From assembly GCA_963555995.3 (NCBI GenBank), contig OY821641.1:960001-1024000 (forward strand): 64,000 bases of DNA, given 5' to 3'. Each line of letters opens with the position of its first letter. Within the stretch, counting starts at the first letter, position 1. Shown in pieces: positions 45,578 through 54,619 of the stretch. Source of the stretch: Vicinamibacteria bacterium. Its GTDB lineage: Bacteria; Acidobacteriota; Vicinamibacteria; Marinacidobacterales; Marinacidobacteraceae. The notes under the pieces were generated by a model that did not search any database, was not told where the DNA came from, and worked only from the letters and a program-made list of their open reading frames with translations. The translations under genes and the position numbers were made by a program.

Positions 45578-46723
45578 TTGGTCTCCGGGAGTCCGGGCCG
45601 GGAACGGAATACCGCCGACGTGGTGGTCGTCGGGGCCGGGCTCGCCGGCTTGCAGTGCGCCCGGCTGGTCGCCGAGGCGGGGCTCGACGTGGTGCTCCTC
45701 GACCGGAAGGAGGATGTCGGGGAACGGGTGCACACCACCGGGATCTTCGTCCGCAAGTCGTTCGAGGACTTCCCGCTGCCGCCGTCCTGCCTGGGTCCGC
45801 CGGTCCGCCGGGCGGTGCTCTATTCGCCGGCGCGGCGCGCCCTGGCGCTGTCGAGCCGCCACGACGAGTTCCGGGTGGGCCGGATGGCGGCGCTCTACCG
45901 CGAGCTGCTCGGCCGCTGTCTCGAGTCGGGGGTCCGCTTCGTCTCCGGCGCCCGCTATCGGGGCGCCCGTCGGGTGGGGAGGGGGATCGTCGCCGAGGTG
46001 GAACGCCGGGGACGGTCCCTGAGCTGGGAGACCCGCCTTCTGGTGGGCGCCGACGGTGCGAATTCCCAGGTGGCCCGCGACCTCGGACTCGATTCCAACT
46101 CCGAGTGGCTGGTGGGGCTGGAGTCGGTCCACGGCGGGGTGCCGCTCGCGGAGGGGGCGGCGCTGCACTGCTTTCTGGACCCCCGCATCGCGCCCGGGTA
46201 TCTCGCCTGGGTGGTCCAGGACGGCGAGGAGACCCACGTGGGGGTGGGCGGCTATCCGGACCGGTTCGATCCCCAGGCCGCGCTCCGGGAGTTCACCGCC
46301 AGTCTCGACGGGCGCTTCGCGCTCGACGAGGGACGGCTGCTCGAACAGCGCGGCGGTCGGATCCCGGTGAACGGCGTGCTGCGCCGCATCGGCACGGACG
46401 CGGGGCTGCTGGTCGGGGACGCCGCGGGCGCGGTCTCGCCACTGACCGCCGGCGGTTTCGACGCCTGCCTGCGGCTCTCCCGGCAGGCGGCGGAGGTCAT
46501 CGGGCGCCGCTTCCAGACCGGCGACCCCGCCGTCCTCGCCTCCTATTCGGGAAAGAAGCGCCGAGCCCGGTTCCTCTCCCGCCGCTGGATGCGCGCGCTG
46601 CTGTCGGGGATCCGGAGTCCGGTGGCGATGGAGGCGGCCTGCCTGCTCCTCCGCCACCCGCCCTTGCGGAATCTGGCGTGGCAGGTCTTCTTCCGCCGCC
46701 GCTCCTTCCCGGACATGGACTGA
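45578..46723 (+). CDS. Geranylgeranyl reductase-family FAD oxidoreductase
   Basis: DVVVVGAGLAG, VGADGANS, GYLAWV, LVGDAAGAVSPLTAGG. Confidence 0.85.
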   Translation: MVSGSPGRERNTADVVVVGAGLAGLQCARLVAEAGLDVVLLDRKEDVGERVHTTGIFVRKSFEDFPLPPSCLGPPVRRAVLYSPARRALALSSRHDEFRVGRMAALYRELLGRCLESGVRFVSGARYRGARRVGRGIVAEVERRGRSLSWETRLLVGADGANSQVARDLGLDSNSEWLVGLESVHGGVPLAEGAALHCFLDPRIAPGYLAWVVQDGEETHVGVGGYPDRFDPQAALREFTASLDGRFALDEGRLLEQRGGRIPVNGVLRRIGTDAGLLVGDAAGAVSPLTAGGFDACLRLSRQAAEVIGRRFQTGDPAVLASYSGKKRRARFLSRRWMRALLSGIRSPVAMEAACLLLRHPPLRNLAWQVFFRRRSFPDMD

Positions 46724-46741
46724 TACATGACGCGCCGTCTG

Positions 46742-46787
46742 GGAACGCCGGTCTCCAGACCGGCACGCGCGGCGCTCCGCACCGCGC
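46742..46787 (+). repeat. REP-like two-hairpin repeat
   Basis: GGAACGCCGGTCTCCAGACCGGCACGCGCGGCGCTCCGC, nearly identical to the 7525 copy. Confidence 0.88.
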
Positions 46788-46863
46788 CCGACGTAACCTC
46801 CATCCCCAACTGGCGCGCCAGCGGTCCCCACGCTCGACCGCCCCGGGCCATAATCCGCGCGCC

Positions 46864-47655
46864 GTGATCGCCTCCACCTCCCCCTTCTCGCTCGCCGGGA
46901 TGGATGTCGTGGTGATCGGCGGCGGGTCCGGGATCGGCGAAGCGAGCGCCCGGCTGGCCGCCCGCTCCGGCGCCCGGGTGGTGGTCGCCGACCGGGACGA
47001 AGCCGCCGCCGACCGGGTCGTCGCCGCCATCGCCGGGGGAGGTGGAACCGCCGTCGCCCGTTCGGTGGACATCCGCTCCGGGGAATCGGTCGAGGATCTG
47101 TTCCGACGGCTCGAATCGGAGGGATTCCGTCCCCGGGGACTCGTCTCCACTCCGGGCGTGAACGTCCGGAAGCGCCTCGCCGATACGAACGAGGAAGAGT
47201 TCGAGCGGGTCGTCTCCCTGAACCTGAAAGGGACCTTCCACGCCCTCCGCCACGGGGCGGCCAGCCTCGCGCGCTCCGGCGGCGGCGGGATCGTGCTGCT
47301 CTCCTCGATCCGCTCCCAGGTGGTGGAAGCGGGGCAGGGGGTCTACGCGGCCACCAAGGCGGGCATCGTGCAGCTCGCCCGCACCGCGGCGGCGGAATGG
47401 GCCGCTTCGGGGGTCCGGGTGAACGCCCTCGCCCCGGGCGTCGTCGAGACCCCGCTGACCGCCCAGATCGAGAAGCGGCCCGACTGGAAACAGGCGTACA
47501 CCGACAAGACCCTGCTCGGGCGCTGGGCGACCGCGGAAGAGATGGCCGCGCCGACGGTGTTCCTCCTGTCCCCGGCGGCGAGCTACGTCACCGGCTCGGT
47601 GCTCTTTGCCGACGGCGGCTGGACGGCGGTGGACGGCCGGTTCGATCCGCTCTGA
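46864..47655 (+). CDS. Short-chain dehydrogenase/reductase
   Basis: GGGSGIG, YAATK, VRVNALAPG, YVTG...DGG. Confidence 0.93.
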   Translation: MIASTSPFSLAGMDVVVIGGGSGIGEASARLAARSGARVVVADRDEAAADRVVAAIAGGGGTAVARSVDIRSGESVEDLFRRLESEGFRPRGLVSTPGVNVRKRLADTNEEEFERVVSLNLKGTFHALRHGAASLARSGGGGIVLLSSIRSQVVEAGQGVYAATKAGIVQLARTAAAEWAASGVRVNALAPGVVETPLTAQIEKRPDWKQAYTDKTLLGRWATAEEMAAPTVFLLSPAASYVTGSVLFADGGWTAVDGRFDPL

Positions 47656-47764
47656 GCGGCGGGCAGGTGTCTGTTCCAGAGCCTGGCGGCCCGAGCCTGG
47701 GGCGAACGCGGGATCGGCGGGTCCAGGTCGCCGGCGCCATCCGGGAGGGGGTGGGGTTGCGCCG

Positions 47765-48028
47765 TGCGCGGCGCGGAGCGCCGCGGTGCCGGTCTGGAGA
47801 CCGGCGTTCCAAGGCGTACGGGCCACCTCCGGTGTTGGCTCCGCGCCGAGATCGGAGCGGCGGTTTCCGGGTTGGGTTGGGTCGCGCTCCGCATGGCGCG
47901 ACCGCAACCGCCCTCACGGCAACCGTCGCGCCCAGCGCGGCGGGACCGCGTCTCGTTGAGCACCGGATCGCGTACCGGCTTGGAACGCCGGTCTCCAGAC
48001 CGGCACCGCCGCGCTCCGCGCGGCGACC
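47765..48028. repeat. Two divergent REP-like units
   Basis: - copy 47787-47810 and + copy 47982-48005, each with the second hairpin. Confidence 0.85.
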
Positions 48029-48053
48029 CGTGTGCGGCCCCTCGGCAGTTCCC

Positions 48054-48227
48054 TCACGGAGAGCCGTCGCCCGCACCGCTCCCGGTGACCACCTCCCGCA
48101 TCAGGTCCGGTACCCCGATCGCCTCGACATCGTTCTTCATCCCGAATCGGTCGCTGCCCGGGTAGGCGACGAACCTCCGCGACGGACGGATGTCCGCGGA
48201 GGCGTCCGAAAAGCCCCGCTCGAGTTC
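48054..48227 (-). pseudogene. C-terminal fragment of an AAA/DUF4143-type ATP-binding protein gene
   Basis: Startless frame ELERGFSDASADIRPSRRFVAYPGSDRFGMKNDVEAIGVPDLMREV..*; in-frame stop just upstream. Confidence 0.6.
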
Positions 48228-48320
48228 GCATCGGCATCAAGGAGCCGGTCTCGAGTCCTGGCGCCCCGGAGCTGATCACTCCCCTGCTGCGTTGCGGGGG
48301 ATTCCCTACACTTCCGGGCC

Positions 48321-50930
48321 ATGTGGCGGTTTCGTTGGCCCCGCAGCCTGGGAGCTGCCTTCCTGTTGATTGCCCTCGCTGGTGCGGCGTTCGCCCAGCC
48401 GACCGGCCCGGGGCAGGGGCGGGCGGCCGAGGCCTGGCACTGGATCCAGAAGCTCCAGACGACCGGATCGGTGCTGCACGTCACCGCGCACCCGGATGAC
48501 GAGAACGGAGCGCTGCTGGCGCTGCTGAGCCGCGGACACGGCGTCCGGACCGCGCTCCTCAGCCTCACCCGGGGCGAGGCGGGCGCCAACGCCATCGGGC
48601 CGGAACTCTTTGACGGCTTGGGTCTCATCCGGGCCGCCGAGCTGGAAGTCGCCGGGAACTGGTACGGACTCGACCAGATCTACTACTCCGCGCTCGCCGA
48701 CTACGGCTACTCGAAGAACCTGGAGGAGGCGCTCCGCTCCTGGGACGAGGAGGCCGCGGCGGCCGACGTCGTGGAGGTCATCCGCCGGGAGCGGCCGATG
48801 GTCGTCCTCGCCCGGTTCACCGGGGACCCGCGGGACGGGCACGGCCAGCACCAGTTCGCCGGTCGGATCGCGGCGCGCGGCTTCGACGGCGCCCCGGACA
48901 TGGAGGCGTTTCCCGCCCGCGAGGGGCGGCGGCCGCACCTGCCGTTTGCTTTCTTCCAGCGGGCGCGCGACGAGGAGGGGGCCTTCGAGATCGCTGTCGC
49001 GGGCTCCCGGCCGTGGCTCTCCCGTTCCTTCGCCGAGCTGAACGCGATCGGGCTCTCCTACCAGCGCTCGCAGACCCGCGGGGTGGTCCGGCCCGTCACC
49101 GGACGCGGCCCGGCGCGGTTGGTGCGCGCCGACGGCGATCCGGGCGCCGAGAACGACCTCCTGGCGATGCTCGGCCCGGAACGGGCCTCGCTCTCCGCCC
49201 GCTTCGGTCCCGTCGTGCCGGCCCGGCTCCTGGCGGTGCTGGAGCGCCTGGATGTGCACTTCGGGGCGGTTGCCGCCGATTTCGACTGGGCCGCCCCCGA
49301 AGCGAGCCTGTCGCGGCTCGGCTCGGCGCTCGCCGAAGCCCGGGAACTGCTCTCCGAGCGGTCGCCGTCCGGGTTCTTCGACGTCCGGCACGAGCTGGAG
49401 CGGAAGGAAGAACAGCTCGTCGCGGCGATCCGGGCCGCCGCGGGGGTCTCCTTCGAGGCCCTGGCCAGCGAACCGGCCGCGGAGAGCGGTGGATTGCCCT
49501 TCGCGCCGCCCCCGGCGTTCGGCCCGGCCGTGCCCGGCCAGCGGTTCGAGGTCCGGGTGAGCGCCGCCGCGCTCGCGCCGGCGCGGGTCGCCGGGGTTTC
49601 GCTCGACGTTCCCGGCGAAGTCAGGCCCGTGGACACGGAGGAAGGGACCTACCGGTTCGTCGTGACCCTCGCCGCGGACGCCCCGGTGCTCCAGCCCCAC
49701 GTCGAACGATCCGGGCTCGGCGAGAGCCGCTACCGGGCGAACGGCGACTGGACGCTCGGCGCCCCGCCGCCGGCCCTGACGGCCACTCTCGACCTGGAGA
49801 TTCCCGCGGGCGCCGGAGGCGAGACGGTCACCGTCGCGCTGACCGCCCCGGTGGAGCGCTTCGAACCGAATCTCCCCTACGGCTACGAGCGGCGCGAACT
49901 GGAGATCCTGCCACCGGTCTCGGTCGCCTTCGATCCGGGTTTCGCGGCTTTTCCTTCCGGAGCGGACACCGCCGCCTTCGAAGCCGGTCTGACGGTCACC
50001 GGGAACCAGGCCGGCGAATTCCGGGTGGGCCTGGAGCTGCCGGATGGCTTCCGGGCGGAACCCGCCGGGAGCACCGTCGCCTTCGACCGGGCCGGCGAGG
50101 AGTCGAGCGTCCGCTTCACGGTCCACGCGGACGGGGTGGCGGCGGGCGCCTACGAGATCACGGCGAACGTGGTCGGAGGCTCGGGTGAGCCGGCGGCTGC
50201 AACCTCATACCGGCGCATCGCGCACCGGGACCTGCCGCTGCGCTACCTGGTGCGCCCCGCCTCGCTCCGGGTTGCCGGCGTCGAACTGGCGATGCCGGAG
50301 GGACTCCAGGTCGGCTACGTGGTGGGCGCCGGTGACGAGGTCCCCGCCGGAATCGAGGCGCTCGGGGCCGAGGTGACGCTGCTGGACGAGACGGCCCTCC
50401 TGAACGCGGACCTCGGCGGGTACGACGCGGTGGTGACCGGGACCCGGGCCTACGCGGTGCGGTCGGACCTCCTCCGCGCCAACCGCCGGCTGCTCGACTA
50501 CGCGCGGGGCGGCGGTCACCTGGTCGTGCTCTACAACACGGACGAACTGGTCCCGGACCGGCACGCGCCCTATCCGGGCGTCCTGCCCCGGCGGTCCGAG
50601 GAGGTTTCCGAAGAGGACAGCCCGCTGACCATTCTGGCGCCGGATCATTCCCTGATGACCTGGCCGCACCGGATCGGCCCCGCCGATTTCGAGGGCTGGG
50701 TCGAACAGCGCGGCTCCAAATTCTGGAGCGAGTGGGATCCGGCCTACACCGCACTTTTCGAGACTCGGGACACCGGCCAGGAGCCCCAGCGGGGCGGGGC
50801 GCTCACTACCGAGGTCGGGGAGGGGCGCTACACCTACTTCGCCTACGCCCTCCACCGCCAGCTTCCAGAGGGGGTCCCGGGCGCGTTCCGCCTGCTCGGC
50901 AACCTGATCGCGGCGTCCCGCCGGCCGTGA
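48321..50930 (+). CDS. PIG-L family deacetylase with Ig-like and GATase-like C-terminal domains
   Basis: Signal peptide, AHPDDE, LTRGEAGAN, DYGYSK, HGQHQ, GWVEQRG, RQLPEGVPGAFRL. Confidence 0.9.
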   Translation: MWRFRWPRSLGAAFLLIALAGAAFAQPTGPGQGRAAEAWHWIQKLQTTGSVLHVTAHPDDENGALLALLSRGHGVRTALLSLTRGEAGANAIGPELFDGLGLIRAAELEVAGNWYGLDQIYYSALADYGYSKNLEEALRSWDEEAAAADVVEVIRRERPMVVLARFTGDPRDGHGQHQFAGRIAARGFDGAPDMEAFPAREGRRPHLPFAFFQRARDEEGAFEIAVAGSRPWLSRSFAELNAIGLSYQRSQTRGVVRPVTGRGPARLVRADGDPGAENDLLAMLGPERASLSARFGPVVPARLLAVLERLDVHFGAVAADFDWAAPEASLSRLGSALAEARELLSERSPSGFFDVRHELERKEEQLVAAIRAAAGVSFEALASEPAAESGGLPFAPPPAFGPAVPGQRFEVRVSAAALAPARVAGVSLDVPGEVRPVDTEEGTYRFVVTLAADAPVLQPHVERSGLGESRYRANGDWTLGAPPPALTATLDLEIPAGAGGETVTVALTAPVERFEPNLPYGYERRELEILPPVSVAFDPGFAAFPSGADTAAFEAGLTVTGNQAGEFRVGLELPDGFRAEPAGSTVAFDRAGEESSVRFTVHADGVAAGAYEITANVVGGSGEPAAATSYRRIAHRDLPLRYLVRPASLRVAGVELAMPEGLQVGYVVGAGDEVPAGIEALGAEVTLLDETALLNADLGGYDAVVTGTRAYAVRSDLLRANRRLLDYARGGGHLVVLYNTDELVPDRHAPYPGVLPRRSEEVSEEDSPLTILAPDHSLMTWPHRIGPADFEGWVEQRGSKFWSEWDPAYTALFETRDTGQEPQRGGALTTEVGEGRYTYFAYALHRQLPEGVPGAFRLLGNLIAASRRP

Positions 50931-50955
50931 TAGCCGGCATCCGTCTCACTCCCCG

Positions 50956-52146
50956 ATGACCGCCGAAGCCGCTCCGCTGGTGCGGCGTATCCGCCGGCCG
51001 GACTGGCCGGAGGAACGCGAGGTGGTGCTGGTCGGCACCGCCCACATCTCCCCGGACTCACTCCGGCTCGTGCGGGAAACCATCGAGCGCGAGCGGCCCG
51101 ACGGGGTGTGCATCGAGCTGGACGACGCCCGCTACGAGGCGCTCATGGATCCGGCGGCCATCGAGCGCCTCGATCTCCGGCAGGTGGTCCGGGAGCGGAA
51201 GCTGCTGCCGCTGCTCGCCTCGGTGGCGCTCGGCGCCTGGCAGGCGCGGATGGGTCTCCGGCTCGGGGTGGAGCCGGGCGCCGAACTGAAGGAGGCGGCG
51301 CGCACCGCCGAGGAGGTGGACGCGGAAGTCCATCTCGTGGACCGGCAGGTCCGGACCACCCTCCTCAGGGTGTGGCGGCGGGCCGGCTTCCGGCAGCGGG
51401 TGAAGCTGCTCGCCAGCGGGCTCGAGTCGGGGAGCGCCGACGAGCCCACGAAAGAGGACATTGAGGAACTGCTTTCGGGGGACGTGGTCTCGCGGCTGGT
51501 GAACGAGTTGGGCGAGGCGTTCCCGACCCTGAAGGAGGTCGTCATTGACGAGCGGGACACCTGGATCGGGGAAGCGGTGAAGGCGGTTCCGGGAGGGCGG
51601 CTGGTGGTGGTGATCGGGGCGGGCCATCTCGACGGCGTCGAGCGGACGCTCCTCGCGGAGGAAGCGGTGTCCACCGCGCCGCTGGCCGAGATCCCGCCTC
51701 CGGGAAAGACCGGCCGCATCATCGGGTTCGCCATTCCGGCAATCATCCTGGGCGCGCTCGCCTGGACCTGGGCGGTGCGGGGGGCTGAGGCCGCCTCCGA
51801 CGGAGCGCTCTTCTGGATCGCGGTGAACTCGATTCCGGCGGCGGTCGGCGCGGTGCTCGCGCTGGCGCATCCGCTCACCATCCTGGCGGCGTTCCTGTGC
51901 GCGCCGTTCACCAGTCTGACCCCGGTGGTGGGGACGGGCTACGTCACCGCGTTCGTGCAGGCGTGGGTGCGGCCTCCGCGGGTGTTCGAGTTGCGGGAGC
52001 TGAAGGCGGACGCGCTGGTTCCGCGGCGCTGGTTCCGGAACCGGGCGCTCCGGATCGCGCTGGCGCTGATCCTGCCGACGATCGGGAGTATCTTCGGGAC
52101 GTTCGTGGGCGGGTCAAGGCTGATCAGCGGGGCGCTGGGGGGGTAG
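50956..52146 (+). CDS. TraB/GumN (PrgY-like) family membrane protein
   Basis: LVGTAHIS, VCIELD..R, GVEPGAE, DERD, VVIGAGH, C-terminal TM helices. Confidence 0.9.
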   Translation: MTAEAAPLVRRIRRPDWPEEREVVLVGTAHISPDSLRLVRETIERERPDGVCIELDDARYEALMDPAAIERLDLRQVVRERKLLPLLASVALGAWQARMGLRLGVEPGAELKEAARTAEEVDAEVHLVDRQVRTTLLRVWRRAGFRQRVKLLASGLESGSADEPTKEDIEELLSGDVVSRLVNELGEAFPTLKEVVIDERDTWIGEAVKAVPGGRLVVVIGAGHLDGVERTLLAEEAVSTAPLAEIPPPGKTGRIIGFAIPAIILGALAWTWAVRGAEAASDGALFWIAVNSIPAAVGAVLALAHPLTILAAFLCAPFTSLTPVVGTGYVTAFVQAWVRPPRVFELRELKADALVPRRWFRNRALRIALALILPTIGSIFGTFVGGSRLISGALGG

Positions 52147-52175
52147 GGGAGCCCGCCGAGTCAGGTGGCGTAGCG

Positions 52176-52310
52176 CGTTCGCTCCGCTGCGGGGAGCGGT
52201 GCCGGTCTGGAGACCGGCGTTCCAAGCCGTTTGCGCGATGTGTGGGACGAGCGGATGCGCCGCGCGGCCCTGGGGGGAGCGGTGCCGCCCCCTGAAGATC
52301 GGCGCTCCCC
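52176..52310 (-). repeat. REP-like unit plus a degenerate copy
   Basis: TGCCGGTCTGGAGACCGGCGTTCCAA at 52200; degenerate TGCCG..CTGAAGATCGGCGCTCC near 52283. Confidence 0.8.
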
Positions 52311-52345
52311 GCCAACGGCCTGCCTGACACACAATCCCCCGTTCC

Positions 52346-53965
52346 GTGCCGCTGTCCACCACCGACCTGGTCACCTTCGTCCTGTTCCTCGGGGCGGTCA
52401 TCTTCGTCTCGCTGCGGGCTTCGCGGGGGCGGCGGACGGCGGAGGGGTACTTCCTCGCGGGCCGGAATCTGGGCGGCTGGGCCATCGGGATGTCGCTGGT
52501 GGCGACCAACATCTCCACCGAGCACTTCGTGGGGATGTCCGGGTCGGCGGCGACCGACATAGGCCTCGCCATCGCCAGTTACGAGTGGACCGCGGCGGCG
52601 GCGCTCATCGTCATCGGCTGGTTCCTGCTGCCCCGCTACCTGAAGAGCGGCGTCTTCACGATGCCGGAGTTCCTCGAGCGCCGCTACGACCGGGGCGCCC
52701 GGACGATCCTCGCCGCGCTCCTGACCGCCGCCACCGTCTTCGTGGCGATGGCGACCGTGCTCTACGCCGGGGCGGTGGCGCTGAACGCGATCTTTCTGCT
52801 TCCGGAACTCCTCGGCGGATTCTTCGGCCTCTCGCCCGACGCCGCCGAACTGGCCGCCACCCTGCTCGGGGTGTGGGGCATCGGCCTGCTGGCCAGCGTG
52901 TACACGATCTACGGCGGGCTGCGGGCGGTGGTCTGGTCCGACTTCATCCAGGGGATCGCGATCCTGGCGGGCGGGGGGATGGTGCTCTGGCTCGGGTTCT
53001 CGGCGCTCGGCGGGGAGGACGGCGTGCTCGCCGGGGCGGCGCTGTTCCTCGCGGAGAACCGGGACCGGCTCCATACGGTGCTGCCCGCCGACCATCCGGA
53101 GGTCCCCTGGACCGCGGTGTTCGTGGGTGGGCTCTGGATCGCCCAGTTCTTCTACTGGGGGGTGAACCAGTTCATCATCCAGCGCACCCTGGCGGCCCGG
53201 AGCCTCGCCGAGGGGCAGCGGGGAACCATCTTCGGGGCGTGGCTCAAGATCCTGGTGCCGTTCCTGATCTGCTTCCCCGGGATCCTCGCGGTGCAGCTTT
53301 ACGGGGACCAGATCGTCCACCCGGACCAGGCGTATCCGGTACTGGTCCGGGAGCTCCTGCCGCCCGCGCTCCGCGGGGTGCTGCTCGCTGCGCTGGCCGG
53401 CGCAATCATGAGTTCCTTCAACTCGATGCTGAACTCGGCTTCGACCATGTACGCGCTGGATGTCCACGGCCGGCTCTTCGGACGGCGGCCGTCGAGCGCA
53501 GCGGACGGGGAATCGTCGGTGCGCGTCGCGCGGGTGGCCTCGACGGTGTTCGTGGTCGCCGCCTGCCTCTGGGCGCCCCTGATCGGCGGGTTTCCCGGGG
53601 TGTTCCGCTACATCCAGACGGTCTGGGGGTTCGTGACTCCGGGCATCGTGGCGGTGTTCTTCGCCGGGGTGGTGTCGAAGCGGATTCCGGCGTTCGCCGC
53701 CCGCGCCGGCCTGCTGGCGGGGATTCCGATCTATGCGGTCCTGCGGCTGGCCTGGCCGGAGACGGCCTTCCTGCACCACATGGGGATCAGCTTCCTGATC
53801 CTGGTGGCGGGACTCGCGTTCGCCGCCTGGCGCTGGCCTCGTACCGAGGTTCCCGCACCCCCGGCCCCGGTGACGGGCGTGGACCTCACCCCGCTGCCGG
53901 GGGTGTACTGGAAGGGCGGGCTGGCGCTGGCGACGATCGCCGCGATCTACCTGATCTTTCCCTGA
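52346..53965 (+). CDS. Sodium:sugar (SLC5/SSS) symporter
   Basis: YFLAGR, TNISTEHFVGMSG, FTMPEFLERRY, YGGLRAVVWSD, NQFIIQRTL. Confidence 0.92.
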   Translation: MPLSTTDLVTFVLFLGAVIFVSLRASRGRRTAEGYFLAGRNLGGWAIGMSLVATNISTEHFVGMSGSAATDIGLAIASYEWTAAAALIVIGWFLLPRYLKSGVFTMPEFLERRYDRGARTILAALLTAATVFVAMATVLYAGAVALNAIFLLPELLGGFFGLSPDAAELAATLLGVWGIGLLASVYTIYGGLRAVVWSDFIQGIAILAGGGMVLWLGFSALGGEDGVLAGAALFLAENRDRLHTVLPADHPEVPWTAVFVGGLWIAQFFYWGVNQFIIQRTLAARSLAEGQRGTIFGAWLKILVPFLICFPGILAVQLYGDQIVHPDQAYPVLVRELLPPALRGVLLAALAGAIMSSFNSMLNSASTMYALDVHGRLFGRRPSSAADGESSVRVARVASTVFVVAACLWAPLIGGFPGVFRYIQTVWGFVTPGIVAVFFAGVVSKRIPAFAARAGLLAGIPIYAVLRLAWPETAFLHHMGISFLILVAGLAFAAWRWPRTEVPAPPAPVTGVDLTPLPGVYWKGGLALATIAAIYLIFP

Positions 53966-53975
53966 TGGGGTCGCC

Positions 53976-54374
53976 CTACCACAGCGTTCGGACGTGACCG
54001 TATTTGCGGAGCTTCGCGTCCCGGGTGATCAGGACCGCCCCCTGGGTCCGGGCGGTGGCCGCGATGATCTGATCCGCCGGGTCGCCCGGCAGTGCCTCCG
54101 GCAAGCGGCAACTTTCCACCAGCACCGAGCGGCTCAGCGGGACGGTCTTGATTCCCGCCGGCTCCAGGGCGAGATCAAGCCAGTCGTCGAGGGGCTGGCC
54201 CAGTACCAGTTGCCTTTTCTCGACCTTCTTGGCGATCTCCCAGATCGAGATGGACGACAGCCAGAGGTTTCCTTCCGCGCGGCTCGTCTCGATCGCTTTC
54301 CGCGCTTGTGCGGAGAGGCGGTCGTCGTTTGTCACCCACCAGATCCACGCGTGGGTGTCAAGGACGATCGGCAT
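53976..54374 (-). CDS. vapC: VapC-family PIN toxin
   Basis: IVLDTHAWIWW, SSISIWEIA, GDPADQIIAATA, LITRD. Confidence 0.93.
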   Translation of the reverse strand: MPIVLDTHAWIWWVTNDDRLSAQARKAIETSRAEGNLWLSSISIWEIAKKVEKRQLVLGQPLDDWLDLALEPAGIKTVPLSRSVLVESCRLPEALPGDPADQIIAATARTQGAVLITRDAKLRKYGHVRTLW

Positions 54375-54582
54375 CCCAGATCTCTCCCGTACCGTAGGGA
54401 TCGCCGGTTTCCCGAAGCACACTCCCGGCGAGACTCCGCTTCCGGTTGGAGGGGATATACGGCATGAGTTGGGCTACCGGCTTTCCGCGTTTGGTGATGA
54501 CCACCGGAGTGCGCGTCTTCGCCACCTCATCGAGCAGTTTGAGACAGGTGTCCTTGAATTTCCCGGCCGCGATGTGAGTCAT
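54358..54582 (-). CDS. Phd/YefM-family antitoxin
   Basis: IAAGKFKDTCLKLLDEV..TRTPVVITKRGKPVAQL. Confidence 0.93.
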   Translation of the reverse strand: MTHIAAGKFKDTCLKLLDEVAKTRTPVVITKRGKPVAQLMPYIPSNRKRSLAGSVLRETGDPYGTGEIWDADRP

Positions 54583-54588
54583 GATCCA

Positions 54589-54613
54589 ATTATAGCCATA
54601 GCAATATGGCTAT
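54589..54613 (-). promoter_or_regulatory. -10 box and palindromic TA operator
   Basis: TATAAT (54594-54589) 6 nt before ATG; perfect inverted repeat ATAGCCATA-GCAA-TATGGCTAT at 54592-54613. Confidence 0.75.
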
Positions 54614-54619
54614 GACCAT

